DNA of 61,360 nt from Nitrospira sp. (GTDB taxonomy: Bacteria > Nitrospirota > Nitrospiria > Nitrospirales > Nitrospiraceae): assembly GCA_019636915.1 (NCBI GenBank), contig JAHBWQ010000001.1:1-61360 (forward strand), read 5' to 3'. Position 1 is the first letter of the stretch, and every line of letters starts with the position of its first letter. The notes under the pieces are model-generated. The model saw nothing but the letters and a program-made list of their open reading frames with translations. It was not told the DNA's origin and did not search any database. Position numbers and translations under genes: made by a program. This document shows, piece by piece, positions 38,550 through 48,816 of the stretch.

Positions 38550-40001
38550 CTATCCTTTGATGTTCCCGATCGGACGGAGTTCCGCCACTTTTTTGGTAAT
38601 ACCGGCACGATCGACGGTCTCGACGACGTCAGAAATATTCTTGTACGCAAACCCGGCTTCTTCCGCCAAGCCCGACATTGAGACGGCTTTGACAAGAATC
38701 CCCCGCCGTTTCATCTCTTGCTGCAGCTGCTCGCCACGGATCGATTTTTTGGCCTGAGCCCGTGACATCGTCCGCCCAGACCCATGCATCGTGGAACCGA
38801 ATGTCTCATCGACAGCCCGGTCCGTGCCGACCAGGAGATAAGAGCCGGTCTCCATTGACCCACCACAGATCACCGGCTGACCGGTCTTCTGAAAATCCCA
38901 TGGCAAATCCGGACTGCCCGGGCCGAACGCCCTGGTTGATCCCTTGCGATGGACCAGCAAATCTCCTTCGGGATAGCGCTCGACCTTGGCGATATTGTGC
39001 GCCACATCATAGATCAACTCCATGCCCAACTCTTCAGCCGACGTCCCAAACACGGCGGCAAACGCTTCGCGAATCTGATGGGTGATGACCTGTCGATTGG
39101 CGAAGGCCGTGTTGGCGGCACAGTTCATGGCCGAGAAATAGTCCTGCCCTTCCGGCGAACGGAACGGAGCACAGGCCAACTGCTGGTCTTTGACGGAAAT
39201 CCCATATCGCCGCATCGCCTTCTCAAAGACTTTGAGATAATCGCTGGCAACCTGGTGGCCAAACCCGCGGGACCCACAGTGGACCATCACCACAACCTGA
39301 TCTTGGCCGGTGATGCCCAACGCAGTCGCCGTCTCAGAATCGAACACGCGATCACTCGAGACAACCTGAACTTCCAAATAGTGATTTCCGGATCCCAGTG
39401 TCCCTAACTGGTTGATCCCTCGCCCCACCGCATGGTCGCTGACCTTCGAGGAATCGGCACCTGCGATACAACCTCCTTCCTCAATGTGCGCGAGATCCCG
39501 ATGCCAGCCATAACCTTCCTCAATGCACCAGCGAGCACCTCGTGTCATCACCCCCTCGAACGCACCTCGACTCAACCGAACAAATCCTGCCGCCCCAACT
39601 CCGGCCGGTACACGACGGAATAATTCCGTCATCAGCCGTTCCAGTTTCGGTTGCACATCGTCCAGGGTCAGATCCGTACGAATGAGGCGCATCCCGCAAT
39701 TGACGTCATACCCCACCCCTCCAGGAGAAATAATTCCAGACCTGGTATCAAACGCGGCCACCCCCCCGATGGGAAACCCATAACCCCAATGCCCGTCCGG
39801 CATGCAGAGCGCGTAGCGCGCAATGCCAGGCAGACAGGCCACATTCGTCACTTGATCGAAGACGCCACGGTCCATCGTCTGTAAAATACCCGGCGTGGCA
39901 TAGATCCGCGCCGGGACCAGCATACCGGCTTTCTCAGTGACGGGGATCTCCCACACTTCATCGGTCACCCGATCTACTCGCATATCGGTATTCAACTTCA
40001 T
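38550..40001 (-). CDS. rtcB: RNA-splicing/repair ligase RtcB
   Basis: MPDGHWGYGFPIGG, GYDVNCG, GSGNHYLE, HCGSRG, HNIAK, HRKG and HGSGR motifs. Confidence 0.96.
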   Translation of the reverse strand: MKLNTDMRVDRVTDEVWEIPVTEKAGMLVPARIYATPGILQTMDRGVFDQVTNVACLPGIARYALCMPDGHWGYGFPIGGVAAFDTRSGIISPGGVGYDVNCGMRLIRTDLTLDDVQPKLERLMTELFRRVPAGVGAAGFVRLSRGAFEGVMTRGARWCIEEGYGWHRDLAHIEEGGCIAGADSSKVSDHAVGRGINQLGTLGSGNHYLEVQVVSSDRVFDSETATALGITGQDQVVVMVHCGSRGFGHQVASDYLKVFEKAMRRYGISVKDQQLACAPFRSPEGQDYFSAMNCAANTAFANRQVITHQIREAFAAVFGTSAEELGMELIYDVAHNIAKVERYPEGDLLVHRKGSTRAFGPGSPDLPWDFQKTGQPVICGGSMETGSYLLVGTDRAVDETFGSTMHGSGRTMSRAQAKKSIRGEQLQQEMKRRGILVKAVSMSGLAEEAGFAYKNISDVVETVDRAGITKKVAELRPIGNIKG

Positions 40002-40432
40002 ACGTCGACTACCACCCGGGCATACCAGCGTGTTCCCTGCTGCTTCACTTCATAGAGATGTTTCGTGACACCCTTCACATCATTGTGGAGTATCTGTGTT
40101 GTCTGGTCCACAGGAGCGCCACGCAGGACAGCCGTAAGGATCCATGTGGGACCTTCTTGAATGACGGACAAGTCCGCGTCATGAAACACCACCCCCGCTG
40201 CGTCTTTCCAATACACCAGATCCGACAACCATTCAAAGAGGAGATCCGCGACATCTTCGCACACGTGTTCAATTTTGCGTTCCCATGTCACTGCCACTGA
40301 TAAAGGATCGGCCAGTGTTTCAAGTAACGCGTCGGTCGCGGCACGAAACAGCTCCTCAACGGAGTCACCCTCCGCCTCAAACGCAAGGTCCGCCACCGCA
40401 ATATCGTCGAGAAATCGAAACGAATGCGCCAT
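39998..40432 (-). CDS. Archease
   Basis: FRFLDDIAVADLAFEAEG, LLFEWLSDLVY, VKGVTKH and C-terminal VVDV; overlaps the rtcB start. Confidence 0.92.
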   Translation of the reverse strand: MAHSFRFLDDIAVADLAFEAEGDSVEELFRAATDALLETLADPLSVAVTWERKIEHVCEDVADLLFEWLSDLVYWKDAAGVVFHDADLSVIQEGPTWILTAVLRGAPVDQTTQILHNDVKGVTKHLYEVKQQGTRWYARVVVDV

Positions 40433-40463
40433 CAGAGGAAGCAGAATGTCAGAAGAGCGGACG

Positions 40464-41612
40464 TCAGTCGAGCACGAATTGCTTCGGGAAGTTCGTCAGA
40501 TTACGGCAGCCATCCTTCGTCACCAGCACCATGTCTTCGATGCGAACCGCGCCCAATCCAGGATAGTACAGGCCCGGTTCGACCGTGACCACGTGCCCTT
40601 CCTGAAGGAGTGACCCCGTTCGGCTGATACGAGGTGCTTCGTGAATATCCAGCCCCACGCCATGCCCTGTCCCATGAAAATATCCCTGCATGCGTCCGTT
40701 CACCAGGCCTGTTTTGTAACCGGCCTTCTCGAACCGTGAACAGATACCTTGATGGATCTTCATGCCGTCGACGCCGTCCTTGATTTTCGTGACGGCTTCT
40801 TCCTGCGCATCTTTCACCGTGCTATACAGCCGCTTGAGCTCAGCACTCGCCGTCCCACGTATCACCGTGCGCGACATGTCGGCAAAATAGCGACTCGTGG
40901 CGGAGCGGGGAAACACATCGAAAATAATGCTGCGATGAGCAGGCAACGGTCCGCTCCCTTCATTGTGGGGATCACAGGCCTGTTCTCCACCCGCCACGAT
41001 CGTATGCTGGGCGATACAGTCCCGTTCCATGAGCTTCACGTTGATGAACTTCTTCATCCGTTCCGAGGTCACCGGAAGACCATCCAACCACAGCTGCGCG
41101 CCCTTGATCTCAGTCCGGCGTAACATCGCGTGGGCCGCGGTCACGGCTTCCTCTGTGGCTCGTTGTGCCTCTTCGATATGACGCACTTCTTCCGGCGTCT
41201 TCACCACACGCTGCTCATAGAACGGATCCGACTTCGGTTTGAGGCTGTAGCCTCGCTCCTGTAATCGGGCTGCATGGATGACCGGAAAATTCGCGGGCAC
41301 CGACAGGCGTCGGATCTTCGACTCTTTCAAGACCACATGGACGATATCCACGGCGGTCGGGGCTTTGATGCCTTGCTTCTTCGCCTTCTGCTCGATCTCA
41401 GAATACGACAGTACTCGATCCACCGATGCCTCAGATCTGGCACGATCCATTTCCAGATCGCTCATGACCATTACCCGTTCACCTCGGATTTCGAGATAGA
41501 TGAAGGGATCGGGAGCCATGAATCGCGTGGCATAGTACAAATTCGAATCCTGTTCACTGGCAGCAATGAACAGAGTAGCCACTTCAGGTTGAGAGATCGT
41601 ACTGCGTTTCAT
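40464..41612 (-). CDS. Xaa-Pro aminopeptidase family (M24)
   Basis: YFADMSRT, HGTGHGVGLDIHEAP, TVEPGLY and VRIED motifs. Confidence 0.93.
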   Translation of the reverse strand: MKRSTISQPEVATLFIAASEQDSNLYYATRFMAPDPFIYLEIRGERVMVMSDLEMDRARSEASVDRVLSYSEIEQKAKKQGIKAPTAVDIVHVVLKESKIRRLSVPANFPVIHAARLQERGYSLKPKSDPFYEQRVVKTPEEVRHIEEAQRATEEAVTAAHAMLRRTEIKGAQLWLDGLPVTSERMKKFINVKLMERDCIAQHTIVAGGEQACDPHNEGSGPLPAHRSIIFDVFPRSATSRYFADMSRTVIRGTASAELKRLYSTVKDAQEEAVTKIKDGVDGMKIHQGICSRFEKAGYKTGLVNGRMQGYFHGTGHGVGLDIHEAPRISRTGSLLQEGHVVTVEPGLYYPGLGAVRIEDMVLVTKDGCRNLTNFPKQFVLD

Positions 41613-41672
41613 GGATAACTAGCGGAGCAGTGGCACCGAGTAGACCATCTGAGACGATCGGAGTACAGTTTT

Positions 41673-41796
41673 CAGGATGTTCAAAATGGTCGTCCAGCAA
41701 GGCCGAAAGGAATTTGAATGACGAGGCGTACTTGATTGGTACGTCGAGGAGTTCAAATGACTGAGAACGCAGCTGGCGAGCATTTTCAACATCCTG
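41673..41796 (+). mobile_element. Longest (124 bp) copy of the palindromic MITE/REP-like element
   Basis: Terminal inverted repeats caggatgttcaaaatg/cattttcaacatcctg, with nested ccagc/gctgg, atttgaa/ttcaaat and cgtac/gtacg pairs; no ORF. Confidence 0.8.
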
Positions 41797-41859
41797 AGCG
41801 GATGCTAGCATGGGAGCCGGGGTCGGTCAAGAATTCGGTCGGACGAACGCTGCGATCGA

Positions 41860-44800
41860 TTATGGCCTGGCGGGAGCCGGCGATGGCGTGAGATCTTTGG
41901 GTCGCACACCGGATTCTTCATCAGGCGTCACCAAATCCATCGGCAGCGTCAAGGTATTCGTGAGCACATCGACCGCAAGCTGTGCCAAACCTGAGAGACC
42001 GGAGGCAAACGACTTCACCGGCAGGTAGGTCACCTCCGGATCTTCCAGCCCTCCTTTCACTGTAAACATTGCCGTGGCCAATCCTTTGCGATCTCCCGCG
42101 ATGATTCGTCCGAAAAGTGGAATCGTCTTGAGAAATTGAGAATAGGATCCGAACGGGCTCACCGCCACCGCAAGATCCAGCTGGTCCGTGGGTAAATCAT
42201 AATTCCCCGCCGCAGTGATCTTGAGGATTGGGCTGTCGATGATCAAATTTTCCGTCTGAAACATCCCGTTTTGGACGGCAATGGTCGAGGAAATTCTGTT
42301 GTAGGGGAGCCCTTCTTTTTCTAACTCGACCTTCCCTTGCAGGACGGCGGGAAGATTCAACAGACTGATGATTTTCCAGACCGCTCGCTCATTTGTTTTC
42401 AGAATTCGTCCGTTTTCCAATAAGACGTCAACCTTGCCATTCAGCGAGGGGTAGATCCCATGGGGATTTCGTCCATGGCCACGAATGGCACCACTGATCC
42501 GAAGCTCTCCCGACACCCCATGCGCTTGTGTCTTGGCCAGCTTCAAGACGTCCTCAAATTCCACCCCCGTGGCTCGAAACGAGAGATCAAGGTCGGCCGG
42601 CGCGTTCGGTGGAAGCTGTACAACCAGCCGCCCCGCCACATGCCCATGATTGGATTCACCGGACAAGCGATCCACGTCGAGTACCCCATCCTGAATGGTG
42701 ATGCGTGCAGACAACGCGTTGAACTTCAGATGCTGGTAATGCCCACGTGCCACGGCTGCAGTCATCGTCACCTGACTGGTTGTCGCCAGCGTCTCCAGGA
42801 ACTCTCGGACGGGCGAGCGCCCGCCCTTCGGGATCAGCAAGCTCAGGTCAAGCTGATTCGATTCAATCTTTCCAATGATGGAGGGCTTCGCCGACCAATT
42901 TCGAACCGTAGCCTCCACGGCGACATCGCTGCCCTGAACTTTGAACGACAGTCGTTTGAGCTCAGCCTCGTTGCGGAGAAATCTGACACGGGCATAGAGA
43001 TCCTGAATTGGCCCATCGACTCCCTTGGCCTGCAGCACCCCATTCGTCAAGCCCATCCACCCGGTGATTCGCCATGCTCGCCAGTCGGGCTCTCGGCCCT
43101 TGATGTCCAACGAGAGCTCGAGATTTCCCACTTCAAGTCCGCTCTTGGAGATCCATTTCGGAAGACTGGCGACCGGAATGATCCCGGTCGCGACCGCCAT
43201 ATCAACCAGGAAACCATTCCCGAACTGCATCGTGCCCTTGGCGGGAATCGTCAAGGAGGGCAGAACCAGTGCGACTCGGTCCAGCTTGATGCTCGCCGTT
43301 TGAGGGAGCACCCCCTCAAACTCGACCGTCGCGCGAGACCCAATGGGTTTATCAATCACCCCAAGCGCAACTTTCACCTCATCCAATACAATGGATCCTC
43401 GGACATGAGGTCTCGTCGTCACGCCCGAGAGCGTCGCCGTCGAACTCAGAGTCCCTTCCAGCATACCCTGACCAATCGTCGAGGATCGGAAAAGCCGGAC
43501 CATCTGAGTCGCATCGCCACGTATCCGAATGGACACATCTTGAAACTGACCGGTCGGTCCGCCGGTAATCGTCCCTTGGACCTGCACGGCCATCCCACCA
43601 AGATTTCCGGTCACCTGATCCAGTTGAGTCGCGCCATCAGCCAACACAAACCGTCCTTGCACCCCTGTCATCCGCTCCGGTAGTGCCGGATGATTGAGGC
43701 TGATGTGGCGAGCCGTAATCTCCCCACCCGCAAACGTGATTCCGCCTGGTTGATTCAACGGACCGACGAGGCGAAAGGTCGCAACCGCCGTTCCCTCTGC
43801 ATCCCGAACACCGGCAAACACCTGTGCCATCCGCTCTGTTTTGACCGTCTTCGAGAGAAACTCCACCAAGGATGTGGCCCCCATCTCACCCGTCATCTCC
43901 AGGTCCAACCACGGGCCTGCATCGAGGAAAGAGACCTCCGCTTTCCCGTCAGTCAGCTGCATCGTTCCATAGTTCCCCGCAATCTTGGAGATACGCACTC
44001 GCCCGGTTTCGACCAGGATCACCGCCGCCAAGTCTTTTGCCGCGATATGATCACGACCGATAAGCGCTTGACCTTCTTGGACACGAAATTCCCCGGTCGC
44101 CGACAATTGAGGGCCGGTCGTAGTCGAGCCAGTCAGGGTGGCCTTCACAACCTGTACCTTTCCGTCGATCTGCCGTTCCGCCAGTATGTCCGGCAACTGC
44201 GGGTGGAGCCATTCCGGGGAAATGGTTTTCAGTAGTTGCGGCAGCGCCACAAGCGAACTGGCGAATGTCACAGCGAAGGTGGGCTGTGGAGTCAAAACGC
44301 CGGCAAGACTGGCAGTACCCGTCAGGGTAATCTCGTTCAGATGTGCGCTCATATCGGACAACACCATGTCATAACCGGCCACGCCCGGCATGACACGTAC
44401 GGCACTCCGAAGATTCACCGCGCCTTGGAGATGATCGGAAACCGGTCTCGGACCGAGAAAATCGGCGGCGTCTCGCACCTTGATATCAGCGGCATCGATA
44501 TGGCCGTCGAACTGGAATCTCGAAACCGGTTCTCCTACATCATCACCCGACAATGCCACGGGCTGTTCCGCCTGCTTGATCACTCCGTCCAAGGACACCC
44601 TCGAGACGCCATGCGAGCCCTGATGGGACATCGCCACGTGCACATCGGCCTGTCCCTGCTCCGGTCGAACGGTGATGTCGAACTCAACATGTTCCAAGGT
44701 GATGGATCGAATGCCATCGGGTCTGGCGGCATCCATCACCGTGATGGTTCCATTGACCAATTTCGCTTGTCTGACCATGAAGGTCCGTGCCATCAGACCC

Positions 44801-45258
44801 ATCGTCTGCTGGTCAGTCTCTGATTGCCCATTCACCCCGTCCAAGATATTCCACCGACCACGCTCGTTTCGCCGTAGGGTCAGCGTGGGCTCCTCAATCA
44901 GCAGTCGTTTTCCAACTATTTGCTTCTTCAGGAGCGGAAGGAGCCGAAGGACCAAATCGACGCGCTTCGCCGTCAGCACCACTTGTGCCGATTGCGGGTC
45001 ATGGATGGCGACCTCTGACAGTTCCACACGAATGCGAGGGAACACCACAAACTTCACTCGATGGACATCGATTTTTCGACCAAGACTCTGCTCCAGTTGT
45101 TCCAGAACAAAGTCCTTGAGATAGTCTTGACCGGTCAGCTCTCTCGAAAAGGCGAGGAACGCGCCGGCAAGAACGATGAAGATCAATAGGCTCAGGAAGG
45201 CAAGCCGAAAATGAGACACACCACCCCCTTTGAATACCGGACAGGGCTTCGGCGGCAT
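41860..45258 (-). CDS. AsmA-like (AsmA/YhdP-type) protein
   Basis: N-terminal TM anchor, long beta-rich repeats and C-terminal FTVKGGLEDPEV; start may be GTG 45219. Confidence 0.85.
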   Translation of the reverse strand: MPPKPCPVFKGGGVSHFRLAFLSLLIFIVLAGAFLAFSRELTGQDYLKDFVLEQLEQSLGRKIDVHRVKFVVFPRIRVELSEVAIHDPQSAQVVLTAKRVDLVLRLLPLLKKQIVGKRLLIEEPTLTLRRNERGRWNILDGVNGQSETDQQTMGLMARTFMVRQAKLVNGTITVMDAARPDGIRSITLEHVEFDITVRPEQGQADVHVAMSHQGSHGVSRVSLDGVIKQAEQPVALSGDDVGEPVSRFQFDGHIDAADIKVRDAADFLGPRPVSDHLQGAVNLRSAVRVMPGVAGYDMVLSDMSAHLNEITLTGTASLAGVLTPQPTFAVTFASSLVALPQLLKTISPEWLHPQLPDILAERQIDGKVQVVKATLTGSTTTGPQLSATGEFRVQEGQALIGRDHIAAKDLAAVILVETGRVRISKIAGNYGTMQLTDGKAEVSFLDAGPWLDLEMTGEMGATSLVEFLSKTVKTERMAQVFAGVRDAEGTAVATFRLVGPLNQPGGITFAGGEITARHISLNHPALPERMTGVQGRFVLADGATQLDQVTGNLGGMAVQVQGTITGGPTGQFQDVSIRIRGDATQMVRLFRSSTIGQGMLEGTLSSTATLSGVTTRPHVRGSIVLDEVKVALGVIDKPIGSRATVEFEGVLPQTASIKLDRVALVLPSLTIPAKGTMQFGNGFLVDMAVATGIIPVASLPKWISKSGLEVGNLELSLDIKGREPDWRAWRITGWMGLTNGVLQAKGVDGPIQDLYARVRFLRNEAELKRLSFKVQGSDVAVEATVRNWSAKPSIIGKIESNQLDLSLLIPKGGRSPVREFLETLATTSQVTMTAAVARGHYQHLKFNALSARITIQDGVLDVDRLSGESNHGHVAGRLVVQLPPNAPADLDLSFRATGVEFEDVLKLAKTQAHGVSGELRISGAIRGHGRNPHGIYPSLNGKVDVLLENGRILKTNERAVWKIISLLNLPAVLQGKVELEKEGLPYNRISSTIAVQNGMFQTENLIIDSPILKITAAGNYDLPTDQLDLAVAVSPFGSYSQFLKTIPLFGRIIAGDRKGLATAMFTVKGGLEDPEVTYLPVKSFASGLSGLAQLAVDVLTNTLTLPMDLVTPDEESGVRPKDLTPSPAPARP

Positions 45259-45495
45259 CTTACCGAATCACCTAGATGAAATCTATCAACTCTGCATTTC
45301 ACAAGGAGATTCCCATCCCACATGTCTCGAGTAAGACCGACTCCATCGACTTTTCGCCATACCTTCTCCATACTGCGCAACACCCAACATCCTCACGACC
45401 GATGACAGCATCACCTGATCAGGTATATCGTCATCCCATCTCCATCAAATCTTAAGAGTTGACAGCCACCAGGCATTGGAACTACACCTCTACGT

Positions 45496-47142
45496 ATGCC
45501 CATTCATCAATTCGCAGGCCAACCGGCACCTCCCTCAAGCTTGGTGGAGGTCAACACGCTCCTCGCTGCATACTGGGCTGAGCAACCTGACCCCTCCGCC
45601 CACGAGCAGCGCGTGTCATTCGGCACATCAGGACATCGCGGCTCCTCCTTCAAGCGAAGCTTCAATGAACATCATATCGTAGCGATCGCTCAGGCTGTGT
45701 GTGAGTACCGTGCCACGCAGGGTACGACCGGTCCGCTCTATCTGGGTAAAGACACCCATGCCCTTTCCGATCCAGCCTTCGTGACTGTCCTGGAAGTCCT
45801 CGCGGCCAATGGCGTGGAGGTCATGATCGATCAGGATAACGGCTTCACGCCGACACCGGTCATCTCACATGCCATCCTGCGCTATAACTGTAACCGAACT
45901 TCCGGTCTCGCTGATGGCATCGTCATTACTCCCTCGCATAACCCTCCGGAAGACGGTGGGATCAAGTACAACCCCCCGAACGGCGGCCCAGCCGATACAC
46001 AGGTCACCAAGTGGATCGAGGACAGAGCCAATACTCTTTTGACGAACAAACTACGGGAATGTAACCGACTTCCGATCAAACAGGCGCAACAGGCAGCCAC
46101 CACCCATCGCCATGACTACATCGGAGCCTACGGCGGTGAGCTGAACCACGTCGTCGACATGGCTGCGATCAAGACCGCCGGGCTTCGGCTTGGGATTGAC
46201 CCCCTTGGTGGATCTGGAGTCGCATACTGGAAACCGATTATCGAGCAGTATGGGCTCAATGTTGAGATTGTGAATCCGTCAGTCGATCCAACCTTTCGCT
46301 TCATGACGCTGGATTGGGACGGAAAGATCCGTATGGACTGCTCATCCCCCTATGCCATGGCCAATCTCATCGCCTTGAAAGATCGCTTCGATGTCGCATT
46401 CGGAAATGATGCGGACAATGACCGGCATGGAATCGTCACCCGCTCAGGCTTAATGAATCCCAACCATTACTTAGCTGTCTCGATTGCCTATCTCTTTGCC
46501 AATCGCCCTCACTGGAGATCTACCGCCGGAATCGGCAAGACCTTGGTCAGCAGCAGTCTGATCGACCGCGTCGCGGCCAAACTGAAACGAAAACTGGTCG
46601 AAGTGCCGGTGGGATTCAAGTGGTTCGTCGGCGGATTGCTCGACGGCTCACTCGGATTTGGGGGCGAGGAAAGCGCTGGGGCATCGTTCCTTCGCCGCGA
46701 TGGCACCGTCTGGTCGACAGACAAAGACGGTATCATCATGGATCTACTGGCGGCTGAGATGATGGCTAAGACGGGCCGAGATCCATCTGAGCTCTACCGA
46801 GACCTCACGAAAGAATTAGGGGAACCGGTCTACGAGCGAATCGACGCCCCTGCCACCCTGGAACAGAAAGCCGTTCTCTCCAAACTATCACCGGAGCAAG
46901 TGAAGGCGACGGAACTGGCAGGCGATAAGATCACAGCGATGCTCACCAAGGCCTCGGGCAATAGTGCATCGATTGGGGGATTGAAGGTCGTGACCGAGAA
47001 CGGCTGGTTCGCCGCCAGACCATCTGGCACGGAGGATGTCTACAAGCTCTATGCGGAGAGCTTCAGAGGGAAAACGCATCTGAAGCAGATCCAACAAGAG
47101 GCGCAGGCGCTGATCGCCAGAGCACTATCCCAGCCAAAGTGA
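45496..47142 (+). CDS. pgm: Phosphoglucomutase
   Basis: [14 protein letters not shown] (phospho-Ser), DADNDR, GGEESAG and RPSGTE motifs. Confidence 0.96.
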   Translation: MPIHQFAGQPAPPSSLVEVNTLLAAYWAEQPDPSAHEQRVSFGTSGHRGSSFKRSFNEHHIVAIAQAVCEYRATQGTTGPLYLGKDTHALSDPAFVTVLEVLAANGVEVMIDQDNGFTPTPVISHAILRYNCNRTSGLADGIVITPSHNPPEDGGIKYNPPNGGPADTQVTKWIEDRANTLLTNKLRECNRLPIKQAQQAATTHRHDYIGAYGGELNHVVDMAAIKTAGLRLGIDPLGGSGVAYWKPIIEQYGLNVEIVNPSVDPTFRFMTLDWDGKIRMDCSSPYAMANLIALKDRFDVAFGNDADNDRHGIVTRSGLMNPNHYLAVSIAYLFANRPHWRSTAGIGKTLVSSSLIDRVAAKLKRKLVEVPVGFKWFVGGLLDGSLGFGGEESAGASFLRRDGTVWSTDKDGIIMDLLAAEMMAKTGRDPSELYRDLTKELGEPVYERIDAPATLEQKAVLSKLSPEQVKATELAGDKITAMLTKASGNSASIGGLKVVTENGWFAARPSGTEDVYKLYAESFRGKTHLKQIQQEAQALIARALSQPK

Positions 47143-47193
47143 CCGGACTGGGTAGGTCAATGACGGTGCGAAAGTATTGTAAACGGAGAATAT

Positions 47194-48633
47194 ATGAACA
47201 ACGTTCTACTTCGAGACTTTCTTGAGATTCCGTACGACAAGCTCGAAGAGATGAACCTCGCGTATAAAGAGGAACGACTAGGCCCGACCTCGGCCGACCA
47301 GATCAGGGAGCGCAGACAAGCATACCTCTCCGACGAAAAGCGCATCAAAGCCGTCACCGTATGCTTCACTGACCTAGAAGGCCGCCTGCATATGTTGGAC
47401 TACGACAAGAAGTTTCTGCTCAGAAACGGCGACAACCTCACCTTCGATGGTAGCTCCATCCGCGGGTTTTCTCAGCAAGCCGAGTCCGACTTGCGCCTGG
47501 CCATCGACTGGACGGCCTTCTACATGGTGCCCGCCGATATTTTTGGTCCCGGCAAGGTCGTAGTCTTCGGCGACGTGCTCGAGCGCGGCGGCCACCCATA
47601 CAGAGCCGACATGCGCCTCAAGCTCAAACAGTGGTGCGAGCAAGCCTATAAGAAAGACGGTACCGTCTTTCACGTGGCGACTGAGATCGAGGGTTTCCTC
47701 TTCAAGGGCAAAGATGCCGAGCGGCGCTACACCGAGTCCGGCAAGTTTGAGTTTGTGTCGACCGGCGGCTATTACCATTCACTGCCGGGCGATGCACTCC
47801 GCACGTTCATCGATCGCGCCGCCGAGGTACAGCGCGCGATGGGTTTCGAGAACGAGAAAGATCACCCGGAGGTGGCGCCATCCCAATTCGAGATGAACTT
47901 CTCGTACTCGGACGCGCTCGTCGCGGCGGACCAGGTGCAACTCTACAAACTCTTATGCCGGCAAGTGGCCGCTCAGGCCGACCTCACGGCAAGCTTTCTG
48001 CCGAAGCCGGTCACCGGCGTGAACGGCAGCGGCATGCACACGAATATCAGCCTGGCGCGTGCCGGCAAGAACCTGTTCCACGATCCCAGTGGCAAAGACG
48101 GGCTATCGAAAGCTGGTTGGGACATCATCAACCGTATCCTGAATTCCGCGAACGACATCGCGCTTGTCCTAAACCCCAGCGTCAACGCGTACCGCCGCCT
48201 CGACCCCCACTATGAAGCACCGAATCAGATCACGGCATCTGCGATCAACCGCGGCGCCATGGTCCGCATCCCGCTCGGCAATGAGCGTTCGGCGCGGATT
48301 GAGGTCCGATCGGTCGCCCCGGACGTAAATCCCTATATGGTCTTCTATACTCTCATCCGCACAGGGCTTGACGGCCCAACGTCACAGGAGGATGCAGAGA
48401 CCAAGCGCAGCAACACCCACTTCCTGCCAGGCAACATTGTCGATGCAATTCGACTGTTTACATCGAGCAAGCTGACGTCGATGTTGTACGGTGAGGAAGT
48501 ACGTGACAAGTTCGCCGAGCTGAAGCAGATGACAGCAGACCGCTGTCCGAAGCAACTTGGTGCCTTGATCAAGCCGGCAGAGGTCCAATTCCACCACGAG
48601 GTCACCAACCAGTGGTTATGGTCAATGTTCTGA
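47194..48633 (+). CDS. Glutamine synthetase family protein
   Basis: FDGSSIRG, EIE, HPEVAPSQFE, PKPVTGVNGSGMH, AYRRL...EAP, NRGAMVRIP and RIEVRS motifs. Confidence 0.9.
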   Translation: MNNVLLRDFLEIPYDKLEEMNLAYKEERLGPTSADQIRERRQAYLSDEKRIKAVTVCFTDLEGRLHMLDYDKKFLLRNGDNLTFDGSSIRGFSQQAESDLRLAIDWTAFYMVPADIFGPGKVVVFGDVLERGGHPYRADMRLKLKQWCEQAYKKDGTVFHVATEIEGFLFKGKDAERRYTESGKFEFVSTGGYYHSLPGDALRTFIDRAAEVQRAMGFENEKDHPEVAPSQFEMNFSYSDALVAADQVQLYKLLCRQVAAQADLTASFLPKPVTGVNGSGMHTNISLARAGKNLFHDPSGKDGLSKAGWDIINRILNSANDIALVLNPSVNAYRRLDPHYEAPNQITASAINRGAMVRIPLGNERSARIEVRSVAPDVNPYMVFYTLIRTGLDGPTSQEDAETKRSNTHFLPGNIVDAIRLFTSSKLTSMLYGEEVRDKFAELKQMTADRCPKQLGALIKPAEVQFHHEVTNQWLWSMF

Positions 48634-48816
48634 TGCAACGGTTCGAGCCGATGCGGGAAATACGGCGCACACGTACGAGACATGGATTTGCACCAAAGCC
48701 ATTCGCACCTCGCCTCCAAATGATTTGGTCTATCCGCGTCAGCTCATCCTTTCGGCCTGCCTCGCGCATCGAACCATGACCATTCTGAAGACGTTCTGGG
48801 CAACCTGCGGTTCGGC

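Noticed and set aside
42460-43683. 407-aa plus-strand ORF, and similar long ORFs such as 26505-27401, 30105-30893 and 15287-15994
   Set aside because: They are antisense shadows of well-supported genes, with no motifs, and are expected at this GC content.
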